Below are positions 26,584 through 39,454 of a stretch of DNA of 64,000 nt, piece after piece. Position numbers and translations under genes: made by a program. The stretch comes from Diadema antillarum. Taxonomy: Eukaryota. The stretch lies in the NCBI RefSeq assembly GCF_040938485.1, contig NW_027271052.1:558001-622000 (forward strand), in the 5' to 3' direction. Numbering within the stretch: position 1 is the first letter of the stretch; each line of letters begins with the position of its first letter. A model generated the notes under the pieces. The model was not told the origin of the DNA. It made no database searches and saw nothing but the letters and a program-made list of their open reading frames with translations.

Positions 26584-27021
26584 NNNNNNNNNNNNNNNNN
26601 NNNNNNNNNNNNNNNNNNNNNNNNNNNNNNNNNNNNNNNNNNNNNNNNNNNNNNNNNNNNNNNNNNNNNNNNNNNNNNNNNNNNNNNNNNNNNNNNNNNN
26701 NNNNNNNNNNNNNNNNNNNNNATTCGGTGCGTAGCTTTGACATCATTCCTCTTCCTGTTCCTCCTTTTTGGAAAAGCGCAAGAGTTGAAAAAAATGGTCT
26801 GCGCCGGGAGTCGAACCGGGGTCTTTGGCATGGAACGCCAACGCCTTAAACCGCTAGGCCACGGAGACGTCATNNNNNNNNNNNNNNNNNNNNNNNNNNN
26901 NNNNNNNNNNNNNNNNNNNNNNNNNNNNNNNNNNNNNNNNNNNNNNNNNNNNNNNNNNNNNNNNNNNNNNNNNNNNNNNNNNNNNNNNNNNNNNNNNNNN
27001 NNNNNNNNNNNNNNNNNNNNN
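26584..27021. other. Two assembly gaps (26584-26721 and 26874-27021) around a 152-nt island
   Basis: N runs in the sequence. Confidence 0.98.
26796..26868 (-). pseudogene. tRNA-Gly(TCC)-like sequence (pseudo-tRNA or SINE head) followed by a T7 Pol III-type terminator
   Basis: Cloverleaf on the minus strand: GTCTCCG/CGCAGAC acceptor (one C-C mismatch), GCCT/AGGC D-stem, TTGGC-GTTCCAT-GCCAA anticodon arm, CCCGG-TTCGACT-CCCGG T-arm (one C-C mismatch). Confidence 0.55.
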
Positions 27022-29280
27022 ACCGTTTGTTTCCCAGGAATCTCCCAGGTGATCCCCCGAGTGATAAGCATGGAAGCGGTATACGCTTGGACGATCTCAC
27101 CATTGATCTCCCGATAACTTCCGGTTGTAGCTGTAGTACGAAAGGAAACGTGGTATAGTGCTGGGTGACTTTTCAGAACTTTCGAACTTTTCCTGGCAAA
27201 CTCCCCCAGTATCCTCGGGAATGCAATATCGAACCTAATGCTATACATTTTTACCCAAAATGCATTGACCTTTGTAAATATAATGCATTTTAACTCTAAC
27301 CTCCTGTTCACACACATAATGTTAGTACCAAAACTCGATAGAGAAACGTCGTATAAATCTTAACCGTAGAGCCTACGAACCATTCAAACACATATCTCGA
27401 CCGATTAGGAAATAAAAAAGTATTGTATGTATGCATAGTTTTCCATTGTGCATGTTGTCATGGTCGCTGTCACCCCATGGAGCTAAATAAAATATCGACC
27501 ATAAATGTATTAACCATAGCCAATCCTTAATGTTACACATTTTAACCCTTAATGTTATAACCGGAGACAACCATATAAAGTAAGACATTTACGTCATTAA
27601 TATCTAAAGAACAATAAATGTCATTAAAAGACAAGGTACCATCATAATGTACTATTGTTGGATTCTATTTCTCTCTTTTTCTTTTTTTTTTTTTTTTGGT
27701 AATTAGTTAGGCAGCTAGTATATGTGACAGTATTTATACCGTATGTCCCAAGAAAATTATAGCAGTATCTTCTACAATGATAACTTTAAATTAGCGAATC
27801 AATCCAAATACAATTTCATGGTATGGAATTATGACTTATTGCCCGCATCTTACAGAAAACCCCATCCGATTTGCTTCAGTGGTAAAATAGAAATGAGGAG
27901 TTTTGTAGAGCATGTCAGGAATCCCTTCCCCCAAGTTCTGTTCATTTTGTTCACACATTAATGTGCAGTTCTACGAGCATCCAATTGCTAAACTTGGAAG
28001 AATCAAACCCATGAAATACGTTAAAACGATCCACATTTCTCTGTGACCACTTAACCAAATTAAATGGGATTTTCTGAAAAATATAGTTAAGATGTTATAT
28101 TTACGATCCTGAAGTAGCATTTGGATAGTTTAAACATGTTTATATTGCAAGTTATCAATGCAAAAATCCAATTATATATATATTTTTTTACATACTGTAC
28201 ACGAATATTGTACATGTAGTTTGACATGTAGGCAACCTTCGTAGGACCTACCGTATATGAATGAAAGAAGAATTCGTTAAGTGGTAAAAACCTTGCTGGT
28301 AAGAACACAGTGTCACACAGTGAAACATATAGTGAACACAGTGTGGAATCTCTTCACACTCTGTTAAATTCGAGCGTTTTAACGTCATGAACACATTGTG
28401 AATCATCCTTTCACAGTGTTGATTCAGTGTGATACAGAAATTTACTATGTGAACTCGCTGTGAAAAACTACAGCACAATGTGAAATCTTATTCACACTGT
28501 TAGATTCGAACGTTTTCACATAATAGTCGACTACGTAAACGCATTGTGAACACGCTGTGGGACACTGTTTTTTTAAGCAGGGAATGAGACTGTTATAACT
28601 GATATACATGTATCACTTTTCTGCAATAGCAGAATATGAAATATGGATTTTTATGTCTCCAATATTGCAATCATCGTTGTTAATGTATTAGGCCTTGAGC
28701 ACGTTAAATGGGAAGCGTGAGTGTATAGCGAAATGAATTGTAATCAGTAATAATGATTTAGCTTCGATAGCCTGCGGGAGGTTGATAAAGAAATTCATAC
28801 TACCGTGTCATGTGACGTAAATTACCAGAACTTAAGATTTGGAATAATTTTATATAAGAGGGGCTGTAGTACTGGTCAGATTACTTCTCTGTATGATTTA
28901 TTTTACAATAGGCCTCCGATATAATTATGTGCGGTCTGCTGAATTTTCCCTTCATGAATATTCCTTATTTTGAAACTAATTAACAACAAATCTGCAGTTA
29001 AGTTCTGTTTACATTGTATATCATGTTTTTCGTAACATTGAGAACAATAATCAAGGCTTTCATGTTGTATAGATATGTTAAAATGCAAAATAAAACCAAA
29101 CCAAAGAATAGGCAATGGCGTGAGAGTTTTGAGTTTGTCCTTGGTTTTCTGGTGCAGTTTGTTCCTTCCAGGTGATTATCAATGCATGTATCTAGTGATT
29201 CACGTCGAGCTTATTGGGCAATATAACGAGGCAACAATTCAGACTTCGCTCAAAGTCAGTTTTTTGTTTGTTTAATTTTT

Positions 29281-29713
29281 CCATCTGAGAAGATGACTGT
29301 AGCCCATATTCAGCTGCACTAGCTGGTCTTCCATGGGGTCCAGTTGGGTGAGAGGCGGGACCACTTCACCGGGAATATGCACCCTGCTTTTTGCGATGAA
29401 TGAACGATCTTTTTTTACGTGCATGAGTTACGACTCTCTCACCGCCATATGTTATGGTTATGTTGAATACATGTACGATGTACATTTGTATGTATACATG
29501 ATTAACGCCCTCTGTTGTTAACAAGTTAGAGTAGTCCTCTCGGGCTCAGTGAATAAAGTCTCTCCACATCGTATCTGAGGTCGTCCGGCTTTTCCTTTTT
29601 AATACTGGCGCACAATTTATGATGACATGCAGCCTTGCTCAGTTAGACTTGGGAATCTAACCTGCGTCCATTCGCTGGAGGCACACGCGCTACCGACTGA
29701 CACAAATCTCCGC
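29281..29713 (-). mobile_element. tRNA-derived SINE (ortholog of 20285-20626) with an extra internal insertion
   Basis: Shares GCACTAGCTGGTCTTCCATGGGGTCCAGTTGG...GAGGCGGGACCACTTCACC and the head ACACGCGCTACCGACTGA; ~190 bp of additional sequence at ~29440-29630. Confidence 0.7.
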
Positions 29714-29939
29714 CCTGTGTTTGGCTAATCGATATTTTTATCTCACACAAAAGTCAAGAAAAAAAAACCCGAGTTTTTTTTTTTTTTTTTTTTACTTGTA
29801 CTTTGTTTCCTATACGCAGTGTTGATATTGCATTTGGGTTAAAATGTATTATAACCCACGTCAGATAAATGGATTTGATAAAACAATCCTATTCAGACGC
29901 CTTCATTACCATAAAGAAGATGATAAATGTTTACTCTGA

Positions 29940-30514
29940 CCTAGATATGTCGCTCTCTACCTTTGACCCCGTGACTAAAAAATTCCCAAGAAAAATAATC
30001 ATTGTCAGGCAGTACATGCACATGTTCTAAGTTCCACGAGAATACTTTGGACCATTTCCGAGATAAGGAGAAAAAGTGAAAAATTAGCACTTTCACATGA
30101 CCTTTGACCATCGACCTCACTTCCCGAAAGTTTCTCTAAAGAATCTTTCTAGGGTAATACATGTTTACACTAAGCTTCGAGAAATAACTTCAGGCATAGC
30201 ATAGATATGGGGGAAATAGTGAAATTTTGAGCAATTGACCTTGACCTTTGACCTTGAGCATGTGCACCCAAAAGTTGTGTGGCACAATTTCATCCACTCA
30301 CACAGTATAGACATACCAAGTCTCATTAGGATACTTTGACAAATGTTGTTGCTTTTTTTTTAGTTACGCTGTCCACAAAATTCATTACGGAGGGACGGAC
30401 GGAGGGACGGACGGAAGGACGGATCATGGAAGGACGGACGGACGGAAAGACGAACGGAAGGACGGACAACCTGAAAACATAATGCCTCTGGCGACACTTC
30501 GTGGAGGAGCATAA
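29940..30514. mobile_element. Helentron-associated non-autonomous element (HINE/DINE-like) in the upstream region of copy 4
   Basis: TGACCTTTGACC motifs, (GGAC)n tract at 30387-30466 and terminal AACATAATGCCTC...GAGGAGCATAAAA hairpin. It splits the sequence TCTGAAAA(G)GTCGTGCAACC, which is contiguous in copy 2 (15842-15860). Confidence 0.75.
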
Positions 30515-30564
30515 AACGTCGTGCAACCTTGATGTTTACACATTCAATTCGATATATCGGACGA

Positions 30565-30855
30565 AGGTCAGGTACATAATTCAAAATATTTTGCTGCTTT
30601 TGCTGAGTCATCACGTTGACTTCACTATCACGCCACCGTGAGACCGGACCACTTCTCGAAGTTTTGAAGATCGCTTTGTGCCAACAAGAAAGAGACAAGC
30701 TATGACAGAAAGTACCACAGCGAGATATCGAACATACGTACTTGCATTGAAGACGCTAAACACAATCTGCATCGAACCACTCGTCGGAGGGTTGCTGACA
30801 CGAAAAAGTCTCAAAGCGAAAGAGTGGCAATTTTAGCGCAACAGGGCGTGTATTG
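30565..30855 (+). promoter_or_regulatory. Conserved upstream module / putative leader exon of copy 4
   Basis: AGGTCAGGTACA at 30565-30576, ATCACGCCAC at 30627-30636, donor TTG|GTAAGC at 30856, acceptor TTTGTAG ending at 31434. Confidence 0.6.
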
Positions 30856-31025
30856 GTAAGCTTAATAGCGCATGGTCGGAGATCAAGCGAATAGCAGACT
30901 ACTGCTACGTATCCATAAGATAGTTTTGCTTTTTCACCAAAGAAATTTATACACTTGTTTTGAAACTATGCAGATGAAGTTCGTCTTTCCTTGAGCGACT
31001 ACATAAGGGCTCCGTGAGAATCTGA

Positions 31026-31078
<53 letters not shown>

Positions 31079-31444
31079 GTAATTTTAAATGTTGCAACTG
31101 GGAGATCAGCTGCGCTAAACAAAAGCACCGATCAAAATGCCGTCTATCTATATCTAATGGTATTTATACCAATGACGTTCATTAGATCTGTGAAACTCTA
31201 CATTTTTACTCAAGTTACAATAATGAAATAATGATAAATAATAAAATGAATAATGAAAGATAAGTTTCGATGCTGACAATTGCAATTATATGATCATTTT
31301 GAAGGAACCAGTATTGCAACATTACTCTTGTCTAGTGAATGCTATAGCTTTCTATTTTTGCGTTTGAGTCACTTCTTCCCCTCTGTAATACTACCAGTAA
31401 TATCTTCTTTAACCTGCTTAAAAACCCTTTGTAGGAGGAATAAA

Positions 31445-33049
31445 ATGGCTTCTGACGCAAACATGGCAGGAGGTGACGGAAACGCACGAGTCATCATGTG
31501 GTGCGTTCCCCGCTCGGTGTCGACAGCGATGACAAAATGCATGAGCTTCGTTGACGGCGCCGAAATCTGGCTCGAGCCGTACGTCATTTCCAGGTTTGCC
31601 AGGGAACTATACAATTCCGATCCGCTTCCTCTTGAAATTGATGGTAACGAAGAGGTTTACCTGGATGCTGCGAAAAACTTGAATATGGGAGGTGACACAC
31701 AGAACTTCAAACTCGATCTATTGTCGTAAGTCTACGTTTTTGAAACGTACCATGTCAGTATGAGTTTTATGACATTTGCTTCTGCGACAATTGCTCCCAC
31801 GAAATATCTGCACGGTAAGCCAAACATAAATTCTATCCACAAACAAAACCTAACCCTAATCCTAATCTTCATATCAAACTATACCTAAACCCCTATCATA
31901 ACCCTAATTCTAGCGCTAAGTCCTTAGAGATGATAAGACCAGAATAATTGTCGCAGGAGCAAATGACGACTCACCTTATGAATGACAGTGCTTTCGTACC
32001 ATATTTGTTTATCAAACTCAGTAGAAATTAAAGAGAAAAAACGATTAGAAATAGGAATTAGGGCGAATACTCTCGACTTGATTATCCTCCTAGACTCAAA
32101 CAATGTCAGTGTCTTGCAATACTCAAAGAGCTATGCCAAGTGAACTAGAACTCTTGATGTTTAAAATTACAATTTTTACACTTTGAGTAAGTCAATATGT
32201 ATGTCACTTACAATGCGGTGAAATGTTATCTTCACATTTCTTTTTAAATTCTATGTTATAGCTTACATCTAAAAAAGCATTTTATTTTTTTAATCGTGTA
32301 CATGTATGAGAAGTCAAAGAAGATACGTAACTATAATCACTTCTCCCCTTATCCACAGACCTGTTAGACTAAAGCAAATATTCGACTCGATTCCTCAAAC
32401 CACTAAATTTGTCTTCGTCAAAGACATGGCCTTTGGTATGCCACCAAGCCGATACCAGTATCTGCCTCATCCATCCAGTGGTTTTCGACATTGCTTCCTT
32501 ATACGTCATCCTGTGAAGGCGTACAAATCCTTTCGGAAGACATTGCTGAAATCAGTAGAAGGAGTGGATCCCAAGGATCTACCACAGGGTATGCCGAAAC
32601 CAGACCCAGAAAACTTCAATGTTATGGATTATGCACAGCCACCGGAGGAAGGAACGCTTTACTTTTTCAAGGAAATCCACGAATTGTGGTGCCACATTCG
32701 AGAAAACATCGATAACAACCCGGTCATTGTCGATATCGATGAAGTCATGGATGACCCGGCAACCATACTTCCACTGCTCTTCCGCGCACTGGGTATCCCG
32801 TACTCCAAGGATTACGTAACTTGGGACGCCTCATCCGATGTTGTCCTGAAGTGGCACAGTGTGTGTTCGAACGTCCTCGATGCTCCACGCTATAACCTGT
32901 GGTTTGCCAACGCCTTTAAGAGTACTTGTTTCAAACCTTCCTCTACTTCCGCTTCTCTTGACGGGGCGACAAAAGATATCAAGGAGGTTGCAGAGAAGGA
33001 AATGCCGTACTACGAGGAAATGTACAAGTTTAGAATAACCCCTTCGTAA
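31445..33049 (+). CDS. Sulfotransferase-fold protein, copy 4; join(31445..31725, 32359..33049); 323 aa
   Basis: ATG at 31445, TC|GTAAGT donor, CCACAG|A acceptor at 32358. Intact frame. Confidence 0.9.
31771..31967. mobile_element. MITE with CCCTAA-like interior in intron 2 of copy 4
   Basis: TIRs GACATTTGCTTCTGCGACAATT / AATTGTCGCAGGAGCAAATGAC. Confidence 0.7.
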
Positions 33050-33480
33050 ATTCGGGACACTAATTGAACTTCAGCTAGTGAACCTATATACTCATTGACT
33101 AGGTTTGGGTTGAAAATTTATTATAGTGATCTTCGTGTATGCTAACCCCCCCCCCCCCCCAAAAAAAAAAAAGCAAAACAAAACAAAGAAGAACATTTTT
33201 CAATCATATTATTGATATGAACTTAGAATATGATTTACGGGAATAGAATAGTAGTAACCTGTTGTATCTCTTTGTTTGTTAGACGTGAGATTCAGACATG
33301 TTTTAGTGTAGTCAAACTGAAATGATATCAGATTAAAAATCACCAACATCATTTTCGAATCCAGCATAACATGAATTTGTTGGTTTCTGGAGCAGATCAA
33401 TAGCTCTTTGAAAACCATATTGCTGTCTTTAGACCTACTTGTCCTAATAATACTTAGAAAGACATATAGACCCTATAGAG

Positions 33481-33854
33481 TTAAAGGTATTGTTTACCAT
33501 GAATTGGGAGCAATGATTTGAAAAAAAAAAATGTTTAAGTTATCACACTTTGATGCATATGTTTAGGTCAGTTGTATCACAAAACATCCTACCATATAAA
33601 AATTTTACAATAAAGCCTGAACTATAAGGAGATATCACTATTTTTCTCAATAATTCATAACTGTATACAGCTTTATTATTCTAGAAACAGTTTTATCATA
33701 ACTACATTGTTTATATATCAACTACGTAACATTGATTATACTGATTAACAATTTTACAATGGTTGTTTCTATCTCTAACCCATATTCTGGAACTATTTTG
33801 TAGCACTAAAACGCGGTTTTTGTTTCAACTGCAAACGGTAAATAATGCTTTTAA
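33481..33854. mobile_element. TTAA-flanked MITE (Kolobok/piggyBac-type)
   Basis: TTAA-AGGTATTGTTTACC ... GGTAAATAATGCTT-TTAA. The empty site (GCGTTAAGCGGAGACTCTTCC) is visible in the paralogous flank of copy 3 at ~24272. Confidence 0.75.
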
Positions 33855-34789
33855 GCGCAGACTCTTCCATTTAATCTGAATTCAATGAAATTCAGTTCAA
33901 AATTCATAAAATCGTTATAAAATGCATTGGATACATGAAATTCATAGATTTGATACTGAACTATTTGAGTACTGAAGTACCAGAGGAGGCATTGCCGGTA
34001 TAACTCCTGTTTGGATATAGACCAATAGCCTGCTCTTTAACTTTTATATGGACTGCATGGAATGAATAAGATTCATAGAATTAATAATGTACGTCACATT
34101 GCTCAACTACTTGAGTACACTGAAGTACCAGAGGAGATGTTGCTGCAATATCTTTTGTTTAGATACACTGAGCCTGCTCTTTAGCATAGGGATGAATCAT
34201 GTGTTATGATTATGATGTGCCATATGATGTGCCATATATTCAAGGTATGCTACTAGTACAATCGTCTATGGTGCATGTACTTTTTTCATTTGATTAGGAA
34301 TAAGTACGTGTATTGTGTTCTGTCGTGTGACACAGAAGACCGTACTAAAATGCAGGTTACTTAGTCACGTATGTTTTGACCAAGTTGATACCGAAGAGTA
34401 AAATTTTTGCATCATATTTCGTGAATAAGTAATCCAATCACAAAACCGTAAGAAAAATAATAAATACAACATGTGTCACATTTAATAATGGCTCCAGATA
34501 TATCAAAAAAGAATACCCCCTAAACAATATACCGTGGCAAACACCTAGTCAAAGTGAAAGATATATGACTGGCGCGCTTTCACTTTTGTCTCCCTATAGT
34601 AGCATCACATTGCAATGTCATCCAAATCGCGAACAGAATGACTCTTCATATAGTTTTACTCACATTGAATAAATAAAATGATAATGGTTTCATGAAATTA
34701 TTCAATGTTACAAGAATTTACCACGATAAGGTGACATCAGCCATTATTTGATATGTTTATTATCAAATGTTTATCAGCCATTATATTTG

Positions 34790-35345
34790 ATATGACATGT
34801 TTGATAACATGTTTAGGTTCAATACTTCTGTCCATTCGTACCCTACTCGTATATGTAGAAATTTCCATCTTTTGAATCCCAAATTATTAGTGACACATAA
34901 ATCTATAAGACATTTGGGTCCGGACATTTGGAATAATCTCCCGGATAATATAAAGTCTTGTTCAAGCATTTATTCTTTGAAAGCTTCACTAAAACGATAT
35001 TTGATACAATTATATTCTCCAAACCAATTGAGCTAACAAATATTTATAGTATAGATTGTCATCTTATTGTCAATCTCTATTTTCTTCCTTCAACTGCATC
35101 TTGCACTCTCACCTGCAACTGCACTGCACTCACCTGATCACCTTCCTCCAAGAGAGTTATGTCGTTGGATAGTCATTTTATGAGGCCTCCATCCATTTTA
35201 AGCTTCATCGCTTATGATGGTGGTCTCCTGCATTCAATGATCTCTGTTGTTTACTGAAAAATACTGTATATCTTATCTTATGTTTCTGTGTATCTACATT
35301 GCTCAATGCAATCATCTATGTGTATCTATTTATGTACTGTTATCG
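34790..35345 (+). mobile_element. 3' fragment of an L2/CR1-type LINE (ORF2 C-terminus plus 3' UTR)
   Basis: VHSYPTR...HKSIRHLGPDIWNNLPDNIKSCSSIYSLKASLKRYL (ORF 34797-35036), similar to 10249-10614. Confidence 0.75.
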
Positions 35346-37328
35346 ATTTATTTCACTGCACTTGTTATTCTTTGTCTTTGTACTTTTTGAAGTTTGCATT
35401 CAAATTGCATCTGATTGAACGCAGAAATAAAAGCAAACAAACAAAGAAAAATTTGACACTGTAACATTCCTTGAAAATAATTCAAATTGAATTTCATTTG
35501 ATTTTGCCTCGTTTTATTTCTATGAGAATAGGTACAAAATAGGTCTATGCATGAATACAAAAATAAATTATATGAATACCGATACGAGTTGTCGCTTCCG
35601 TAACAAAACTGTCCCTTGTCACAATACACGTAGGAAAATAGTGAATTGGCATAATACATTTATAACCACATAAAAATCAAGGGAGAAAACACAACAGGGG
35701 ACTGCCATCATATTCTAAGAACATCTCTACTATGGTGGGCCCTGTGTTTTACTTTTAATGTACATTCAGTGAAGATGGGGCCATCCTATTCAAGCTAGGT
35801 TATACATCCAAGGACAATGCCGTAGCATGTCCATTTGAATCATGGGTTTTTCCTGTCTGATTTCTAAGCTCGCCAGTCGAGCTGATATGGCAATCATTAA
35901 ATTCAGGTTTTGACCAGATGTGATGGCTTATTTCTGTGAAATTTATTTCTTTATAACTCCAAGCTGTATTCATTGGAATCAAATCTGAAATGTTCGTCAG
36001 ATTCGGAAAAAAGTAATCGGCGAAGCGGTCATTCAAAGTCCGCTTTTCGGTATTGGGTTTATTTCTATGCACGTTTTGTTCGCAAAAGTTGCCTTAGCAA
36101 GCAAAATGATTGTCGGGAGCTAGCCCTACCCAGCAACAATTCAATTCAATTCAATTCAATTCAATTCAATCATTCATTGTCTGAATTAAAAATACAGATT
36201 ATGTTCCTCCACTGGCAAGATAACAGAACATTACATGACACAAATAACAAACAGATCACATGTATAAGCAAAATGACTAATAATTAACATTTCGATACAT
36301 CAAACTATATGACGTAACTAATTAAACTGAAATACTAATGAAATGAAGAGGTATGTTTGAGACTATAAGAATAGAACATTATGATATACTGTTGATGCAT
36401 TGAATCTTTTAAACATGCTGACGTCTGACTATGGCAAATATATATCAAAATTACAAAGTCAGAAATACACAATTGCACACACCCTAAAAATATGTTGGGG
36501 GTGGAACATGTGTGATGTACATAATGTACATTATACAGAAACCCAAAGATCACATGGGTGCCCAAGAAGAGCAGGAATAAGAAGAAAAGAATGAGTGAAC
36601 GGAGTCAATTTCTGCCTAAGGGGCTTAAGATGAAGGGACACGTGAATGAAAGGCCTCGTTACTAAGCTCAATGATCAGAAATATCCACGAACATGATGTG
36701 TGTTGTCATACATTGCATAAACGGTGCATTTGTAAAGAAGATAATGTGATTACACAGTGCCTATATTCCAGCATTAAAATTCTTTCTTAGCAATTAGTTT
36801 AGCACTTCGCGCAATCAAAGTAGCAAGGATGGTATTCTGTTTTTATCAAACAATCATTGACGTAAACATACTTTTTATTCATTGGAAATGCTTTAAACAC
36901 TCATTGCGCAAATGACTTTTCTATGTTTACATTTATTTTTGAACGGGTACACGCATTTATTGTTGCAGACTTCATGAAATCGCATTTAAGCATTTTAGTA
37001 TTCACTCACAATTAAAACGTTGTTTATTTTGTTCAATTTAAAAACCGGTGCATTATGTTGTGAGACGTGTTCTATACATTTGCATTAATAGTCTTGCTGG
37101 GGAAAAGTACATTGAAAGGAACAGAACGCAAGTGATACATGGATACGGAAGAGTATACCGGCTATTCAACGGGATGCCTACGGGATGTGCAGCTATGAAA
37201 ATAATAATGTATTAAAAAAAAAAACGGAAAATGTGAAAAAAAAAAACCCAACAGACGTCTAAGAGTAACGAGATCACAGCTAGCTACTAAATCATTTAGG
37301 AAAACATGACTTTCATTACTTGAATATA

Positions 37329-37570
37329 CACTCTTAAAACATCCGGTCAGAACTGACCCGGAACTGGGTCCGTTGGGGTCACACACCGTTCCGGGTCAGA
37401 AATGACAAGGAATGGGGACAGATATGACCCATTCAGAGTCATGAATTGGGTCAGGGTGACCCCATTCGGGGTCTTCATGACCAAATTCCAAGTCATTTTT
37501 GACCCGGAACGGCGTGTGACCCCAACGGACCCAGTTCCGGGTCAGTTCTGACTCGGATATTTTAAGAGTG
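37329..37570. mobile_element. MITE with ~73 bp TIRs (CACTCTTAAAA...), TA on both sides
   Basis: CACTCTTAAAACATCCGGTCAGAACTGACCCGGAACTGGGTCCGTTGGGGTCACAC and its reverse complement ending TTTTAAGAGTG. Confidence 0.8.
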
Positions 37571-38389
37571 TAATATTAGAATTTTACGAACGCAAGCAGT
37601 TTTTCCATTTCTAGAAATATGGTAACGTTTGAAAAGTCCTACATTATCAGAAGTATTCACAGGGATACCCATGCAGGTACAGCACACGAAATCAGTTAGA
37701 ATGCCAGATATATTACCAGCACATAACAATGAAGATGGAGAGGAAACAGACAATCTTTTCAAAAGTACTGATTTTTTTAAAGTTTAATGTTTATGTAAAG
37801 AAGATAATCCTTTGATATCCCATATACAAAATGTTTGAAGTAATATCATCCCTCCTGTTTTTCTGAAAGAGTCAAGCCAAGTGCTCTTTCATCATGCAAG
37901 AAAATGAAAATAATAAATGTGTTGAAGTAACCGCGTATAGGTTCATGACCATGGGTGCTATAAAACGTGTGATCCCCTCTGAGTAAGAACAAACAAACAA
38001 GCAAACAAACATACAAAACAAATATCATGTGGTACTCTTTCTCCGAAGAGCGGTTGAACGTTCCAAATATGGCATGATATGGTGTCACATTGGTTGCTTT
38101 GGTTCGCTTTTTGAGAGCTCGAACGCGACCTGTGTCCGAGTTTAATCCATCTAAGAAAACATGGGATGTAAAATTCCAAAGAATCGGAGATGATATCCTC
38201 AGTGGCTTAATGTGGTATGTAGAGTAAAAAAAAATGCGACATAGTCGCAAAATATGTCAGGAACATTGTTAGATGATAATCCTAAGTGGAAAAACTTGCA
38301 TGGTCAAAGGATTGGGGGCAGCAGGAAGCTGTGCCCACCAAGGCAAAAAGTATCAATACCCACTGCCCAGGCTACAGACCTTGTAGGGT

Positions 38390-38723
38390 TGTGATTTGGC
38401 TCAGTCGATAGCGCGTCTGTCTCCAAATCTAAGGACCAGGGTTCGATTCCCAGTTGTAACTGTGCGATGTTGTGTGTGATAGTCTCATCAAGTAAGATGC
38501 CAAACACCCCAATATAAAATGGAGGTCCCATGTGAGCAACAGTCACAACTCATGTATAGGCCTACATGAAAACATCCCGCTTCATTCATCGCATAGAGGA
38601 AGGTGTCTATAAACCGATGAAGTGGTCCCGCTTCATACCCAGCTAAATCCCATGGAAGACCAGCTAGAACAGCTAAATATGGGCTGTCTAGCCATCTTCC
38701 TAGATGGAAAATGAAAAAAAAAA
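38390..38723 (+). mobile_element. tRNA-derived SINE, near full length, with A-rich tail
   Basis: Box A-like TGGCTCAGTCG, box B GGTTCGATTCC; 3' region GAAGTGGTCCCGC...CCATGGAAGACCAGCTAG shared with the other SINE copies. Confidence 0.75.
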
Positions 38724-39067
38724 TAGTTAGAAAATATCTAACCCCAGGAATCAAGGATCTGCAGTGAGCGGACATCATGATTCAAGTTGTTGAATAAAGT
38801 CCGGAAATTACTTTATTCAGAAACCCTGTGTTGTAGCAATTTAGGAACCCTTATAGAAAACAACAAGATTTGCCACCCCGAATATGCTGTCATTATCTTG
38901 GCAAAAATGTACCCAGCCAATGGAGTTCATTGGGTAGAACAGTTGGACATCTACTCGTTAAATTGTTACTGCCTATAATACGTAGAGTGGATATGCCCAC
39001 CGGATATGCCCACCGGTGCTTTGTGGTCAGTTAAAAAGAATGATAGATATTACAGAATTTCGGACAA

Positions 39068-39411
39068 AGTTCAGGTAAACAGAGATCAAACTTTATCAGC
39101 GGCGAAGCCAGGACATGGGGGGGGGGGGGGGGGGGTTAGGATGGGTCGTCCGTCTCCTATAGTTAAAACTTTTTGATAGAAATAGAAATATCTAATTTTC
39201 AAACCACTTTTCTTTCTTCTTCTTCTTTTTTTTTTGGCCAATTTGATTGCAGGGAGGAACAGTATGAAAACATTTTCATTTCCATATTAATTTCCTTTAA
39301 TTAATGCTTGTACATTGTATCTCTTTGTTGAAAATAAAATAAAAGAAACGAAACGAAAGACCGAGAAAAGGAAAGGATTCATGCAAGGACATGTATATGT
39401 GTATATTCCTT

Positions 39412-39454
<43 letters not shown>

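Noticed and set aside
26559-27317. 252-aa ORF and neighbours spanning N runs (also 21369-21718)
   Set aside because: Artefacts of translating through assembly gaps.
14082-30855. Leader exon as a coding N-terminal extension (TINIEPFVGGLLTR-like ORFs)
   Set aside because: It is in phase with the CDS only in the copy-1 and orphan modules, where there is no ATG (GTG starts); copies 2, 3 and 4 have stops or other frames.
31280-31444. Hydrophobic-looking N-terminal extension (possible signal peptide) on ORF 31280-31729, and similar extensions on 13229-13546 and 16570-16893
   Set aside because: These start at non-ATG or non-conserved codons inside intron 1, upstream of the conserved acceptor, and are not in frame or open in the other copies.
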